This document shows, piece by piece, positions 20,101 through 28,579 of a stretch of DNA of 64,000 bases; positions within the stretch are counted from its first letter, which is position 1; each line of letters starts with the position of its first letter. The notes beneath the pieces were generated by a model. It was not told the origin of the DNA. It saw nothing but the letters and a program-made list of their open reading frames with translations, and did no database searches. The DNA lies in assembly GCA_963664395.2 (NCBI GenBank), contig OY761159.2, positions 128,001 to 192,000 of the forward strand. The letters are read 5' to 3'. The position numbers were made by a program, and so were the translations under genes. The DNA is from Candidatus Binatia bacterium. Its GTDB lineage: Bacteria > Desulfobacterota > Binatia > Bin18.

Positions 20101-23100
20101 CCCGTCAGCGTGGGTGGTTCATCCACATCGGTGACACGGAAAGTGATGGCGTGCCGTCTGATGTGAATCCCAGCGCGGGCGGTCACGGTCATCTCATAGA
20201 CGTTGTTGCGGTTGGCATCGGCGGGTCTCTCGTAGTCGGGCGGGGTGCGGAAACGCAGGACGCCGCGGGTAATAGAAATGTTAAAGACGCCACGGTCGTC
20301 TCCGAATCCTGACCATATTGGGGACACGCCCTCCGGGTCGGTGATGATGTATTTCGCAACCGGCCCGGTGCCGTTCTCGGCATACGACGAGACGCGGAAC
20401 AGCTCTGTAAGCGTGTGTACTTCATCCACGTTGGTGACAGTGACGGTGACGGGCAGTGTAGCGGGGCTGGAGGTCCCATCCGAGGCGACCACGGTCACTT
20501 CATAGACGTTGTTGTCACCGGCGTCGGTGGGCAACTCGTAGTTAGGAGCGGTACGGAAGCTCAGGATACCGTTGCTGATGGAGAAGTCATCGTGGTCGGT
20601 TCCAGCTAGCGGCAACCAAGTGAGTGCCTTCTTCTCCGGGTCGGTGGCGTCGTATTCAGCGACCGGGAGAATGTTGTTCTCGGCATACGGGACACTGTCT
20701 TGGCCGCTCAGCGTGGGCGATTCATCCACATCGGTGATGGTGATGGTCACGGTGATGGAATCGGCGTCGGCGGTGGGATCGTCGGTCGTCACGGGGTCGG
20801 TGGCCGTCACGATGACGACGTAGCTGTCCTTGGTTCCCTCGTAGTCCAGCGCCGTCCCCGAGGCTACCGATAGTTGGCCGGTGCTGTCATCGATATCAAA
20901 CGAGCGGACGTCGGTGCCTGAAAGCGTGTAAGTCAAAGTCTCATTGTTGGGATCGGTCGCCACGACCGGGACACCGACGTTGGTGCCGGTGGTCGCACTC
21001 TCATCGACGCTCCGGGTGGCGGCGGCGCCGTCCGCAAAGTAGGGCGTGTCGCTTGAGGGCGTCTCGGTGGCCGTGTCTGACCACACGCCGTCGCCCTGGG
21101 CGTTGACCGCCTGCACCTGCACGTCGTAGGCCACGTCATCGTCCAGGCCGCTGATAGTGTATTGCAGAGCGCCGGAGGTCGCGGGGTCAACGACGGTCCA
21201 GTTGGCGGCGGCCGTCTCGTCATCCGTGGTCTTGATAGAGCGCACATCGTAGGCGGTGACGGCGGAGGCGCCGCTGTTGTCCGGCGCCTGCCAGGCAACG
21301 GTGAGTGCGCCGGGCCCCGGCGTCACTGCGTCGATGTCCGGTGCGTCGGGGGTGAACCGGTAGCCGTAGACGGTCAGGCTCCACGACTTCAACGTGCCGG
21401 AGGAACCGGATACGCGGTCGCTGATGCGCAGTGTCCACTCCCCGGCGGGATTCTCGCCCAGGTGCTTGGCCGAGCCGAACCGGAAGCTCCTCCGTAAGCT
21501 GTATTCCTCCTCTATGATTATGGCGGCGGTTCTATGATCGTAGGGAACGGACAGGACAGAAATCTTCCCCGACGGGGAGGTCAACTCTACCTGTAAGTTA
21601 CGGAAGTATCTGTGGTCGAAGTCAGTATTGATTTCGACGAACTCGATGAACTCGACCGTCGAGTCCATAGTGATGCTACTCGTGACCCAGGAGCGCGAAT
21701 CGGGAATACTCAGAGAGCCACCGGTGAAGGGTGCGGCGTCTGTGGTAGCCTTGGTCAGTTCCGGAACAAGGGTCCAGCCGTCGGCCAAATCCACGGCGGC
21801 CTTGGCGTCCACCACCCCGAAGCCGTACTCGTGGTTGAAGTGGTAGCGCTCCGTGTCAGAGTCGTATTGCAGCGCCCCGTCCTCCCAGCCGGTGTTGTCC
21901 GGGTCGTTCTTGCGGGCGGACGCGGCCAGGATGAGCTTCACGTCCCGCCAGCTCAGGGCGGTATTGGCGCTGCGTACCAGCGCGGCCACGCCGGAGACGA
22001 TGGGAGCGGCCGCACTGGTGCCGCCAAAGTCGTTCCTGTAGAGGTCGTCGTTGTCGGTGGTGGTGATCCCGTGGCGACCGCGGGTGCGGTCATTCGACGG
22101 CGCGCAGACCCACAGGTTGGCACCCTCTTCCGAATACGCGGAGCGCTCGCCCTGGTCGTTCACCGCGCAGACCGCAGTCACGCCGTAGTGGTTGGCGTAC
22201 CCGCCTAAGTTGGAGTTGTCTCTCCGCAAGGCCCCGTTTCCGGCGGTCCAGACATAGAAGATGCCCTTGTCGTCAAAACCTTCTGTGATGCCTTTTTCTA
22301 TCGCCATCTCCCAGATTCTGGGAGCGGCGTCCAGTCCGGGCCCGTCGCGCGGTCCCCAACTGTTGTTGGAGACGGCTGTGGTATCCAGATTGCGTTTCGC
22401 GGCGTCCGCTTCGTTTTTATCGGTGAAATCCAGGAGGAGGTTGTAGCCGTAGATCGTCGCCTGGGGCGCCACTCCCCGCACGCCCAGGCTGTTATCCCGC
22501 GCCGCGATGATGCCCGCCACCGCCGTACCGTGGTCTTCGGCGGGATCGTAGATGTCGTTCCCGCCGGTGTAATCGTGGTTGCGCGCTGTATTCACGTTGG
22601 CGCTCAGATCCTCGTGCGTATAATCCATGCCGTCGTCGACCACGGCCACATTGATACCAGCCCCCAGGTTGTTGTCGTCCCAGACCTCTTCGACGTTGAT
22701 GTCCTCGCCTGACGTCCCGCCTGTGAGCTGCCCCGTGTTGTTCAGATGCCACTGACAACCGTACAGCAGGTCGCTGATTGTGTCATCGATATCCGCACAG
22801 TCGGCTAGAAATCTGTTGTAGCTCGCGTCTTCAAACGCGCGAATGGTGTACGGCCCGGTGTCGTCACTGTCAATCACCGTGCCGCTACTGTTCTGGAGTT
22901 CGCCCACGGTATCGAGAGCGCCGGTCGTCCAGATGAGCAGGCCGGTCTCTTCGGTCAGGGTGAACGTGAAGTAATCCACGTCGGTCCCTGGGTCGATCAC
23001 CCCTTCCATAGCGGTGTCCAGCGTCAGGCTCGTCGCCTCCGAAGCGCTGTCCCCATGATCCGGGGCGCCCGTTTCCGTGGTGGACCAGGTGCCGTCGCCG

Positions 23101-23471
23101 GTGGCGTTGACCGCCCGTACCTGCACGTCATATTCCGTGCTGTCGGTCAGACCGGAGAGGGTGGTGGACAGGGCGCCGTCGCCGGATTCCCAGACCTTTT
23201 CTTCCACGATCCAGTTGGCGTCGTCCGTCTCGTCGTCGGCAGTCTTGATAAAGCGCACATCGTAGGCTTCGATGGCCGAGCCGCCGGTGTCGGCGGGTGC
23301 GGTCCAGGTCACGACCAGGGTGAGACCGAGCGAACTGCTGCTACCCGCCGTAACCGTGGTGATGCTGGGCGCGCCGGGTGCAGTCTGCGCCCAGGCGTCA
23401 CCAGCGACCAGCAAGCAAAACAGCACCCAGCCTGCCGTCCGTAGTAGAGTTTTTCCCACGAGTAAGCGCAT
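17139..23471 (-). CDS. Giant secreted S8 kexin/furin-like serine protease with P-domain, FN3 and cadherin-like repeats (2110 aa)
   Basis: Signal peptide (AWA-Q); triad VAVVDDG/HGTAVAG/GTSAAAP; SWGP, AGNG, WRDVK, GFGVVDA; P-domain (GENPAGEWTLRISD); 2 FN3; cadherin motifs (ATDPE, LDYE, PDYE, VTDVDE); Pro/Gly linker. Confidence 0.93.
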   Translation of the reverse strand: MRLLVGKTLLRTAGWVLFCLLVAGDAWAQTAPGAPSITTVTAGSSSSLGLTLVVTWTAPADTGGSAIEAYDVRFIKTADDETDDANWIVEEKVWESGDGALSTTLSGLTDSTEYDVQVRAVNATGDGTWSTTETGAPDHGDSASEATSLTLDTAMEGVIDPGTDVDYFTFTLTEETGLLIWTTGALDTVGELQNSSGTVIDSDDTGPYTIRAFEDASYNRFLADCADIDDTISDLLYGCQWHLNNTGQLTGGTSGEDINVEEVWDDNNLGAGINVAVVDDGMDYTHEDLSANVNTARNHDYTGGNDIYDPAEDHGTAVAGIIAARDNSLGVRGVAPQATIYGYNLLLDFTDKNEADAAKRNLDTTAVSNNSWGPRDGPGLDAAPRIWEMAIEKGITEGFDDKGIFYVWTAGNGALRRDNSNLGGYANHYGVTAVCAVNDQGERSAYSEEGANLWVCAPSNDRTRGRHGITTTDNDDLYRNDFGGTSAAAPIVSGVAALVRSANTALSWRDVKLILAASARKNDPDNTGWEDGALQYDSDTERYHFNHEYGFGVVDAKAAVDLADGWTLVPELTKATTDAAPFTGGSLSIPDSRSWVTSSITMDSTVEFIEFVEINTDFDHRYFRNLQVELTSPSGKISVLSVPYDHRTAAIIIEEEYSLRRSFRFGSAKHLGENPAGEWTLRISDRVSGSSGTLKSWSLTVYGYRFTPDAPDIDAVTPGPGALTVAWQAPDNSGASAVTAYDVRSIKTTDDETAAANWTVVDPATSGALQYTISGLDDDVAYDVQVQAVNAQGDGVWSDTATETPSSDTPYFADGAAATRSVDESATTGTNVGVPVVATDPNNETLTYTLSGTDVRSFDIDDSTGQLSVASGTALDYEGTKDSYVVIVTATDPVTTDDPTADADSITVTITITDVDESPTLSGQDSVPYAENNILPVAEYDATDPEKKALTWLPLAGTDHDDFSISNGILSFRTAPNYELPTDAGDNNVYEVTVVASDGTSSPATLPVTVTVTNVDEVHTLTELFRVSSYAENGTGPVAKYIITDPEGVSPIWSGFGDDRGVFNISITRGVLRFRTPPDYERPADANRNNVYEMTVTARAGIHIRRHAITFRVTDVDEPPTLTGPTSVPLYDENNTAQVARYTATDPEGATVIWSVTGNDDDDFTITNGVLNFAPAPNFEARADADGNNNYEVTVVASDGDLTTPQPLTVTVNNLDEAGSLTLSSEQPQEATALTATLSDPDIVSDSTWVWERSSDRSTWTVIDGETSNSYTPASDDVGDSLRVRVTYTDGYDDPVSKELQRMAANPVRDEQGRNPPQFPAATTTRSVQENAAAESPVGAPVTATDADEVDKDLLTYTLSGADTGSFDLNPDTGQLTVAEGTELDRETKDSYAVTVTATDPSGASASIVVTIDISDVDEPLTLTGRTSVPYEENDTGIVATFSATDPEQEPLTWALAGADRNAFEDINLNGGILRFLTPPDYEAASSYTVTVEASAGSHTARQTVTVSVTNVNESPTLTGPIAINDYEENDTGPVATYRATDPEHDPIRWVLSGADRTTFSINNGVLTFLIPPNREEATDFNRDNDYEVTVEAFDGELTAGLPVTVTVTNEDEAGNLTLSSVQPQVDTALTAILTDPDGLVSTDWVWERSQDKQTWEAVRGTPAASYTPETDDEGWYLRVTVTYTDGADLNETKSAQIVAPHAVRTAPVNNAPPAFPAPSATLTVGANAGAGSRVGTVRAEDPEDYPLTYTLDEKDADAACFDIDWISGQITVGPGGLSPCADQVTRSLGQRTISTKADEPQKPYQVTVIASDPSGESDEVPVFITVSSSPPRPPGPPGPGPGPGGGGGGGGGGGGRGPDCTEDLHGNSAAQATDIALSATTAGAICPAADVDYLTVTAPGRGLVFVDTFGGVQTRGTIWQNDRILASGSTRGDPQDDRLGALVQAGPVVVAVQGQGGATGGYDVVVTFVQGYLENPGDLSFQSGVGVLSGWVCDADRVELELNGAPQVAAYGTERLDTASVCGDTDNGFGLLFNWNLLGDGEHEVVAFVDGVELGRATVRVTTVGEGAEEEFLRGAEGECVVEDFPRLGQNVLLEWQQNSQNFVITDVR

Positions 23472-23489
23472 GGTCTTGGGTCAGTGGCT

Positions 23490-23644
23490 AGTAGTGCCTC
23501 ACTTTGTATTGCCCCCCTCACCCCAGCCCTCTCCCTCCAGGGGAGAGGGAGTAGGACATTCCCTCCCCCCCGTGAGGGGGAGGGCCAGGGAGGGGGGAGC
23601 TGTGCAGGCAGAGGTGAAGGGCGCTGTGAAACTGAGACATTACC
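23490..23644. mobile_element. MITE-like element (about 155 bp) with imperfect terminal inverted repeats and internal hairpins
   Basis: GTAGTGCCTCACTTT (23491) matches the reverse complement of AAACTGAGACATTAC (to 23643) at 12/15; internal CCCTCTCCC..GGGAGAGGG and CCCTCCCCC..GGGGGAGGG hairpins are related to 11855-11888. Confidence 0.55.
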
Positions 23645-23651
23645 CGGTCGC

Positions 23652-24260
23652 TCACCTTGTTGTATGTTCTCTCCACCAGTTGGGGCTGGAGATGCGCACC
23701 CCGTCCTGCGCGGCCAGCGTGTTGGCCAAATTCAGGGACGCAAAGCCCGGCGCGGTCTCCACAAAAAAGCTGTTGGCGGCAACCTCCAAGTCTGACACCC
23801 GGCTCAGCTTGACCCGGTTGCGGGCGAAAAAGGCATTGGTCTGCGTCTCGCTCCACTCCGCCTCCAGCACCAGCAGGACACCGCCGGGCAAGGTCATCAG
23901 GGTGCCCGAGGATTCGGACCGGAACACCGGTTGCCCGGTGCTCCGCCTGGAGCTGTCGTTGGTCACGATGTGCTCCCCGCTGCCTCTGGCGACGCTGCTG
24001 TCCCCGCTCACCTCCAGGTCGGACTGCAACTGCACCCGCACGGTGCGATCGCCATCTTCGTAGGTGTAGATCTGCCCCTGGCTACTTTGGCCGGAGTCGC
24101 CGCGCGTTTGGGGACTACGCTGTTTCAGGGCGGGAGAGCGCTTGTCTGCAGAAGGCGGGTCGATTGATTCAAACTCAAGCGGCTGCGCCCACGCACCTGG
24201 CGAGGCAACCACTGCCACAACAAATAGAACGATACGAAGGTCCATTAACCGTCTGTACAA
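23652..24260 (-). CDS. Secreted protein resembling a stand-alone subtilase propeptide / ASP-type external chaperone
   Basis: Signal peptide (GAWA-Q); C-terminal PVFR..LPGGVLLVL..ASLNLANTLAAQDGVRISSPNWWREHTTR resembles S8 pro-domains; co-oriented directly upstream of the protease. Start may be ATG 24245. Confidence 0.7.
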   Translation of the reverse strand: MYRRLMDLRIVLFVVAVVASPGAWAQPLEFESIDPPSADKRSPALKQRSPQTRGDSGQSSQGQIYTYEDGDRTVRVQLQSDLEVSGDSSVARGSGEHIVTNDSSRRSTGQPVFRSESSGTLMTLPGGVLLVLEAEWSETQTNAFFARNRVKLSRVSDLEVAANSFFVETAPGFASLNLANTLAAQDGVRISSPNWWREHTTR

Positions 24261-24524
24261 CGACTACCGGCCATCCGCTACTGTCAAATGATAGATAAAT
24301 GCGTTTCCCGGCGCTCCGTCCCCGCTCCTCTCTTGCGCCAGCCCCAGGCTCTCAAGACGGGAGCGGGACTCAACTTTTTTCAAAGGGAGACACTACCCAT
24401 TCTCGGTATTGTGGCAGACCAGATTATCCAGCAATCGGAGATAAACATGAGACAGCAGAGATCAGCGTATCAGTGGCCAGCCACCCCACCGGGGCGGCTG
24501 GCATAGACACAGCGACCTGCGCCT

Positions 24525-25931
24525 CTACACCTTGGGCTGTCTGGTATGCCATTCGGTTGCTTGTTCGTAGGCGTGGGCGGCCTGCATGATCGTGCCCTCT
24601 TCTCCATGACGCCCAACAAGCTGAAGGCTGAGCGGTAAGCCCTCGTCCGTAAATCCGCACGGCAGGTTGACCGTCGGACTTCCACTGAAATCCATAGGCG
24701 CGGTAAAGGCCAACAAGGACGGAATGTTTTCAGGCGGTAAGACAGATTGCGGCGAGAAATCTTTGATCGCCATTGGCGGGGTCGCCATAGCCGGGCACAG
24801 CAGTATATCCACCTGCTGCAAGACCTCGTCAATCAGCCGGCGGGTGTGCTGCCGGGCAATATGGACTTTGACGTAGTGGGCGCCAGTGACTTTGACCCCG
24901 TCTTCTAAGAGAGCCCGGAACGTTGGTCCATATTCATCGGCCCGAGACGGAAAGGTCTCTGCGTGCGCAGCCGCAGCTTCTGCCGCGCACATGGCGTACC
25001 AGAGCGGCGTGGCATCATTGATCCCTGACACATCAACCTCGTGAATCTCAGCCCCCAAGTCCTTAAAAACCTGGACCGTGGCCAGCACGGCGTTGCGCAC
25101 GACCGGGTCAACGCCTTTGGTACAGTAGGCTTCGTCCACCCCAATTTGCAGACCCTGGGCGCCGTTGTATACGGTGTCCATGTAATCGCGCACCGTTTCG
25201 CGACGGGTGGTTGGATCGTTGGGGTCAAAGCCGGCAATCGTTCGTAGAATCGCTGCGGCGTCAGCCACCCTGCGCGTCATTGGCCCAACATGATCCAGGC
25301 TTTCTCCCAGGGGAAAGACGCCATAGCGGCTGACTTTGCCATAGGTTGGTTTTACCCCAACAATGCCGCAGGCAGCGGATGGGAAACGGATCGAACCGCC
25401 CGTGTCCGAGCCTAATGAGCCAAAACACAAGGAGGCTGCGGTCGCAGCGCCCGACCCACTCGACGACGCCCCCGGCCAATGGTCTGCGCTCCACGGATTT
25501 ATTGGCGGTTGCATGGATGGGTGGTAGCCGGACAGAGCAAACTCGGTCATCGCCAGTTTGCCCAGCATGACGGCGCCGGCTGCATAAAACTTATCAACTA
25601 CGGTTGCATTGAAGTCAGGTTTGAAATCCGCATACATCGGCGACGCCGCAGTGGTTGGAATCCCTTTGGTGTAACACAGGTCTTTGACCGCAATCGGCAC
25701 CCCATGCAGCAACCCTCGATACCTGCCGTTTTGGATTTCTTGTTCAGCCGCTTTGGCCTGTTCCAAAGCAAGGTCTGCCGTTACCGTAATATAGCTGTGG
25801 AGCGTGCCGTCGAGATCGTTAATGCGTTCGAGCATGGCCTGGGTCAACTCGATCGGCGAGACCTTTTTTCTCCTGATCAGCCCGGCAACCTCAGTCAGCG
25901 TTTTCGTACACAGTTCAGAAACGTCCGCCAT
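24525..25931 (-). CDS. Amidase signature family protein
   Basis: HGVPIAVKD, GASSSGSG, GSDTGGSIRFP, GVKPTYG. Confidence 0.93.
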   Translation of the reverse strand: MADVSELCTKTLTEVAGLIRRKKVSPIELTQAMLERINDLDGTLHSYITVTADLALEQAKAAEQEIQNGRYRGLLHGVPIAVKDLCYTKGIPTTAASPMYADFKPDFNATVVDKFYAAGAVMLGKLAMTEFALSGYHPSMQPPINPWSADHWPGASSSGSGAATAASLCFGSLGSDTGGSIRFPSAACGIVGVKPTYGKVSRYGVFPLGESLDHVGPMTRRVADAAAILRTIAGFDPNDPTTRRETVRDYMDTVYNGAQGLQIGVDEAYCTKGVDPVVRNAVLATVQVFKDLGAEIHEVDVSGINDATPLWYAMCAAEAAAAHAETFPSRADEYGPTFRALLEDGVKVTGAHYVKVHIARQHTRRLIDEVLQQVDILLCPAMATPPMAIKDFSPQSVLPPENIPSLLAFTAPMDFSGSPTVNLPCGFTDEGLPLSLQLVGRHGEEGTIMQAAHAYEQATEWHTRQPKV

Positions 25932-26000
25932 AGTGTGGTCCTCCTTCTACGTCTCCCTTAGCACTTTCTCTTATCAAAGGAAAAGCTACAATGCCTGACC

Positions 26001-26555
26001 ATGGCATATCACCCTGCCCTGCTCAGGGCAGTTAAAGATTTTAATTCCGGTCGCTATTTTGAAGCCCATGAACATTTGGAAGAAGCTCTGGATGACGTGG
26101 AAGACGATGACAATACCTGGGAGATGTTCGTCGGCCTCATTCAAATCGCGGTGGGCTATCATAAATATGTCTCTGGCCATCCGGGGGGAGCAAAAATGCT
26201 GGGGAAGGGGTTGAAGAAAGTCTCGCCCCTCCCAGAGGAGTGTGCCGGCGTCCGGTTGGAGTCGCTCCGCCAGCGCGTTCGGCAAGATGGAGAATCTGGA
26301 GAATCTGGAGAATCTGGAGAATCTGGAGAATCTGGAGAATCTGGAGAATCTGGAGAATCAGATACATATCCGGGCGTCTTCACCAAGAATTCAATTAGTG
26401 CGCACGTAGGCACGGCTGAGAGGAGATTTCATGGAGTACGGAAGGAATATTTGCATACCCACAAACGCGAAGGTCTGGCTCATGACAACACTCATCGTCA
26501 CCAGCTTCGGTTTCCAGCCTGCCCCTTCGCATGGAGACCAGCATGCGTCCGCTGA
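26001..26555 (+). CDS. DUF309 domain protein with (GES)8 tract and probable run-on C-terminus
   Basis: FNSGRYFEAHEHLE, GLIQIAVGYHK; the reading frame overlaps the next gene by 125 nt. Confidence 0.75.
   Translation: MAYHPALLRAVKDFNSGRYFEAHEHLEEALDDVEDDDNTWEMFVGLIQIAVGYHKYVSGHPGGAKMLGKGLKKVSPLPEECAGVRLESLRQRVRQDGESGESGESGESGESGESGESGESDTYPGVFTKNSISAHVGTAERRFHGVRKEYLHTHKREGLAHDNTHRHQLRFPACPFAWRPACVR
26289..26360. repeat. 9-bp VNTR (GGAGAATCT)x8
   Basis: 7 exact units plus GGAGAATCA. Confidence 0.95.
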
Positions 26556-27216
26556 CAAAGGAGGGGTGCAATCCGCCCCACTTGATCTTGCCGTTGTCGA
26601 TAAATTACTGACGACCACGCGCACGGTGCGGAGACGGCTCGACCTGACCCGGCCGGTTGAACCGGAGATTATTGAAGAGGTCATAGGGATCGCCCTCCAG
26701 GCACCGAGCGGCAGTAACCGGCAGAATTGGCGTTTTATGGTCGTGACTGACCCCGACAAGAAAAAGATCATCGGGGATCTGTACCGACACAGTTTTGAGA
26801 ATTATGCCGGTCCACGTCCCACTGGCTCACCGACAACTTCGGGTCAGCGCATTGCCGCCTCAGCGTGGCATCTGTCCGACCATATGCATGAGGTGCCCGT
26901 GCTGATTATCGGCTGCATTGAGGGTCGGCCGGACGACCCGAGCCCGGTGGCACAAGCTGGTCTGTACGGCTCGATCCTGCCGTCGGCCTGGTCGTTGATG
27001 TTAGCCCTGCGCGCCCGCGGACTCGGTTCTGCCTGGACAACGTTGCACTTGGTTGAAGAACGCAAAGTTGCTGAAGCCCTCGGCATCCCCGACTCCGTCA
27101 CCCAGGCCGTCCTGCTGCCGGTTGCCTATTACACGGGAAAAGACTTCAAGCCCGCAAGGCGGCGACCAGGGAAAGAGGTGACCTATTGGAATACCTGGGG
27201 GGCAGGCCGCAAATAG
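26431..27216 (+). CDS. Nitroreductase family protein with N-terminal extension
   Basis: TTTRTVRRRLD, QAPSGSNRQNWRF, ARGLGSAWTT; GAGGAG RBS. Confidence 0.9.
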   Translation: MEYGRNICIPTNAKVWLMTTLIVTSFGFQPAPSHGDQHASADKGGVQSAPLDLAVVDKLLTTTRTVRRRLDLTRPVEPEIIEEVIGIALQAPSGSNRQNWRFMVVTDPDKKKIIGDLYRHSFENYAGPRPTGSPTTSGQRIAASAWHLSDHMHEVPVLIIGCIEGRPDDPSPVAQAGLYGSILPSAWSLMLALRARGLGSAWTTLHLVEERKVAEALGIPDSVTQAVLLPVAYYTGKDFKPARRRPGKEVTYWNTWGAGRK

Positions 27217-27278
27217 ACAGGGTTAGTGGAAAATGTTCCGTACCTGTAGCGGACAAATCTGAGCGGGCTTCCTCGGAC

Positions 27279-28553
27279 TCACAGCCGCAAAATCGCCCCC
27301 CGGCCTTCGAGTTGCTGTTGGAGCTTTTTCACATCCAGCGCTTTTGGGTCGAGCCCGTTTTGCACGGCCAGAGCCGCCGCCGTCCCTGCGGCTTCGCCGG
27401 TTGCCATGCAGGCCGGGATTTCCTTGGTGGCGTGATGGACGCGATGATCGACGGAGATGCAGCGACCGGCCACAAGCAGATTTGAGAATTCTTTGGGGAG
27501 AAGTGAGCGGTACGGAATATAGTAGAGACTTTCGTATTGGGTCCAATGACCGGTGATGGCAATCACGTCCTCACAGGGTGTATCCATCTCTGCTCGGCTG
27601 AGCATATGCTCGCCGACTAAGCGCCGGCTTTCGGTGATGCCGAGTTGGTCGGCAATGTGGCACAGGTAGGCATTCCGAAAGCCGGGAGCCTCTTTCCGCA
27701 AACGATCAACCTCTGCCATGACCTGCTTACGGCATTCCAACTCAGCATAGGTCAGATCGTCGGGATCAGTCGCATCAATCTTTCTGGAAATCTTGTCGGT
27801 CGCGCCCCACGGCAACAAGACTTTGTCCTTACCGATAGTATGGAAAAACCAGCCGCCAGCGCGAATAGCGGCATCAGTGTTTTCTACCCCGCCCATAGAG
27901 AACCACAGCCAGGGCAGCACTTTTTCTTTTTCGTACTCAGACCCGGCTGAGACAAAAATATCGCCATCCCCGCTGGCGTCGATGACGACGTCTGCCAGGA
28001 TAGCAAAGCGGCCGGATTTCCCCTGAAACGTTACACCGGTAATGCGGTCATCCTCTACGAGGGCATCACAGGCATGCGAGTGCATAAGCAATTGCACCTG
28101 AGCGTCTTCAACCATGCCGTTCAGGGCAAACTTCAGCTCTTCAGGATCATAGGCGACCGAATAGCGCACGCGATGCGGTCCGTGCCCCCAGACCAGCCCC
28201 CAGGACTGGTCACGTTGGACAAGCGCTTCATCCTCGCGGCCCCATTCGTCTTGTGATGGAAATTGGGCCGCGCCGCGCTGGTCCAAGCGCTCGGTCACTT
28301 CTTGACATAAACCACCGACCACCTGCCGCCCGCGGCCGTCATCAAGCGTCAGCAGCAGAATAATCATGCCACCCGTGGCCAGGCCGCCAAGATATCCGAG
28401 GCGCTCAACCAGGATAACGTCAGCCCCCTGGCGTGCCGCAGCAACAGCGGCCGATACGCCGGCCGAGCCGCCGCCAACAACGAGGACTTGGGTTTCGGCC
28501 TTAACGGGTGTTGAGCGCGGAGGCTCTTCAATGAAACGGAGCGGCTTCGCCAT
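27279..28553 (-). CDS. FAD-dependent oxidoreductase
   Basis: VVGGGSAG, LGGLATGG, IDASGDGD, IPYRSLLP, NLLVAGRCIS. Confidence 0.9.
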   Translation of the reverse strand: MAKPLRFIEEPPRSTPVKAETQVLVVGGGSAGVSAAVAAARQGADVILVERLGYLGGLATGGMIILLLTLDDGRGRQVVGGLCQEVTERLDQRGAAQFPSQDEWGREDEALVQRDQSWGLVWGHGPHRVRYSVAYDPEELKFALNGMVEDAQVQLLMHSHACDALVEDDRITGVTFQGKSGRFAILADVVIDASGDGDIFVSAGSEYEKEKVLPWLWFSMGGVENTDAAIRAGGWFFHTIGKDKVLLPWGATDKISRKIDATDPDDLTYAELECRKQVMAEVDRLRKEAPGFRNAYLCHIADQLGITESRRLVGEHMLSRAEMDTPCEDVIAITGHWTQYESLYYIPYRSLLPKEFSNLLVAGRCISVDHRVHHATKEIPACMATGEAAGTAAALAVQNGLDPKALDVKKLQQQLEGRGAILRL

Positions 28554-28579
28554 ACAGGCTCTTTTCTCGGTCCGATTGC

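Noticed and set aside
23272-24063. 263-aa plus-strand ORF spanning the chaperone-protease junction
   Set aside because: Antisense to two well-supported genes and reads through hairpin repeats; not transposase-like.
26289-26360. Possible CRISPR array (also considered at 3641-3694)
   Set aside because: Head-to-tail repeats without spacers, units too short, no cas genes.
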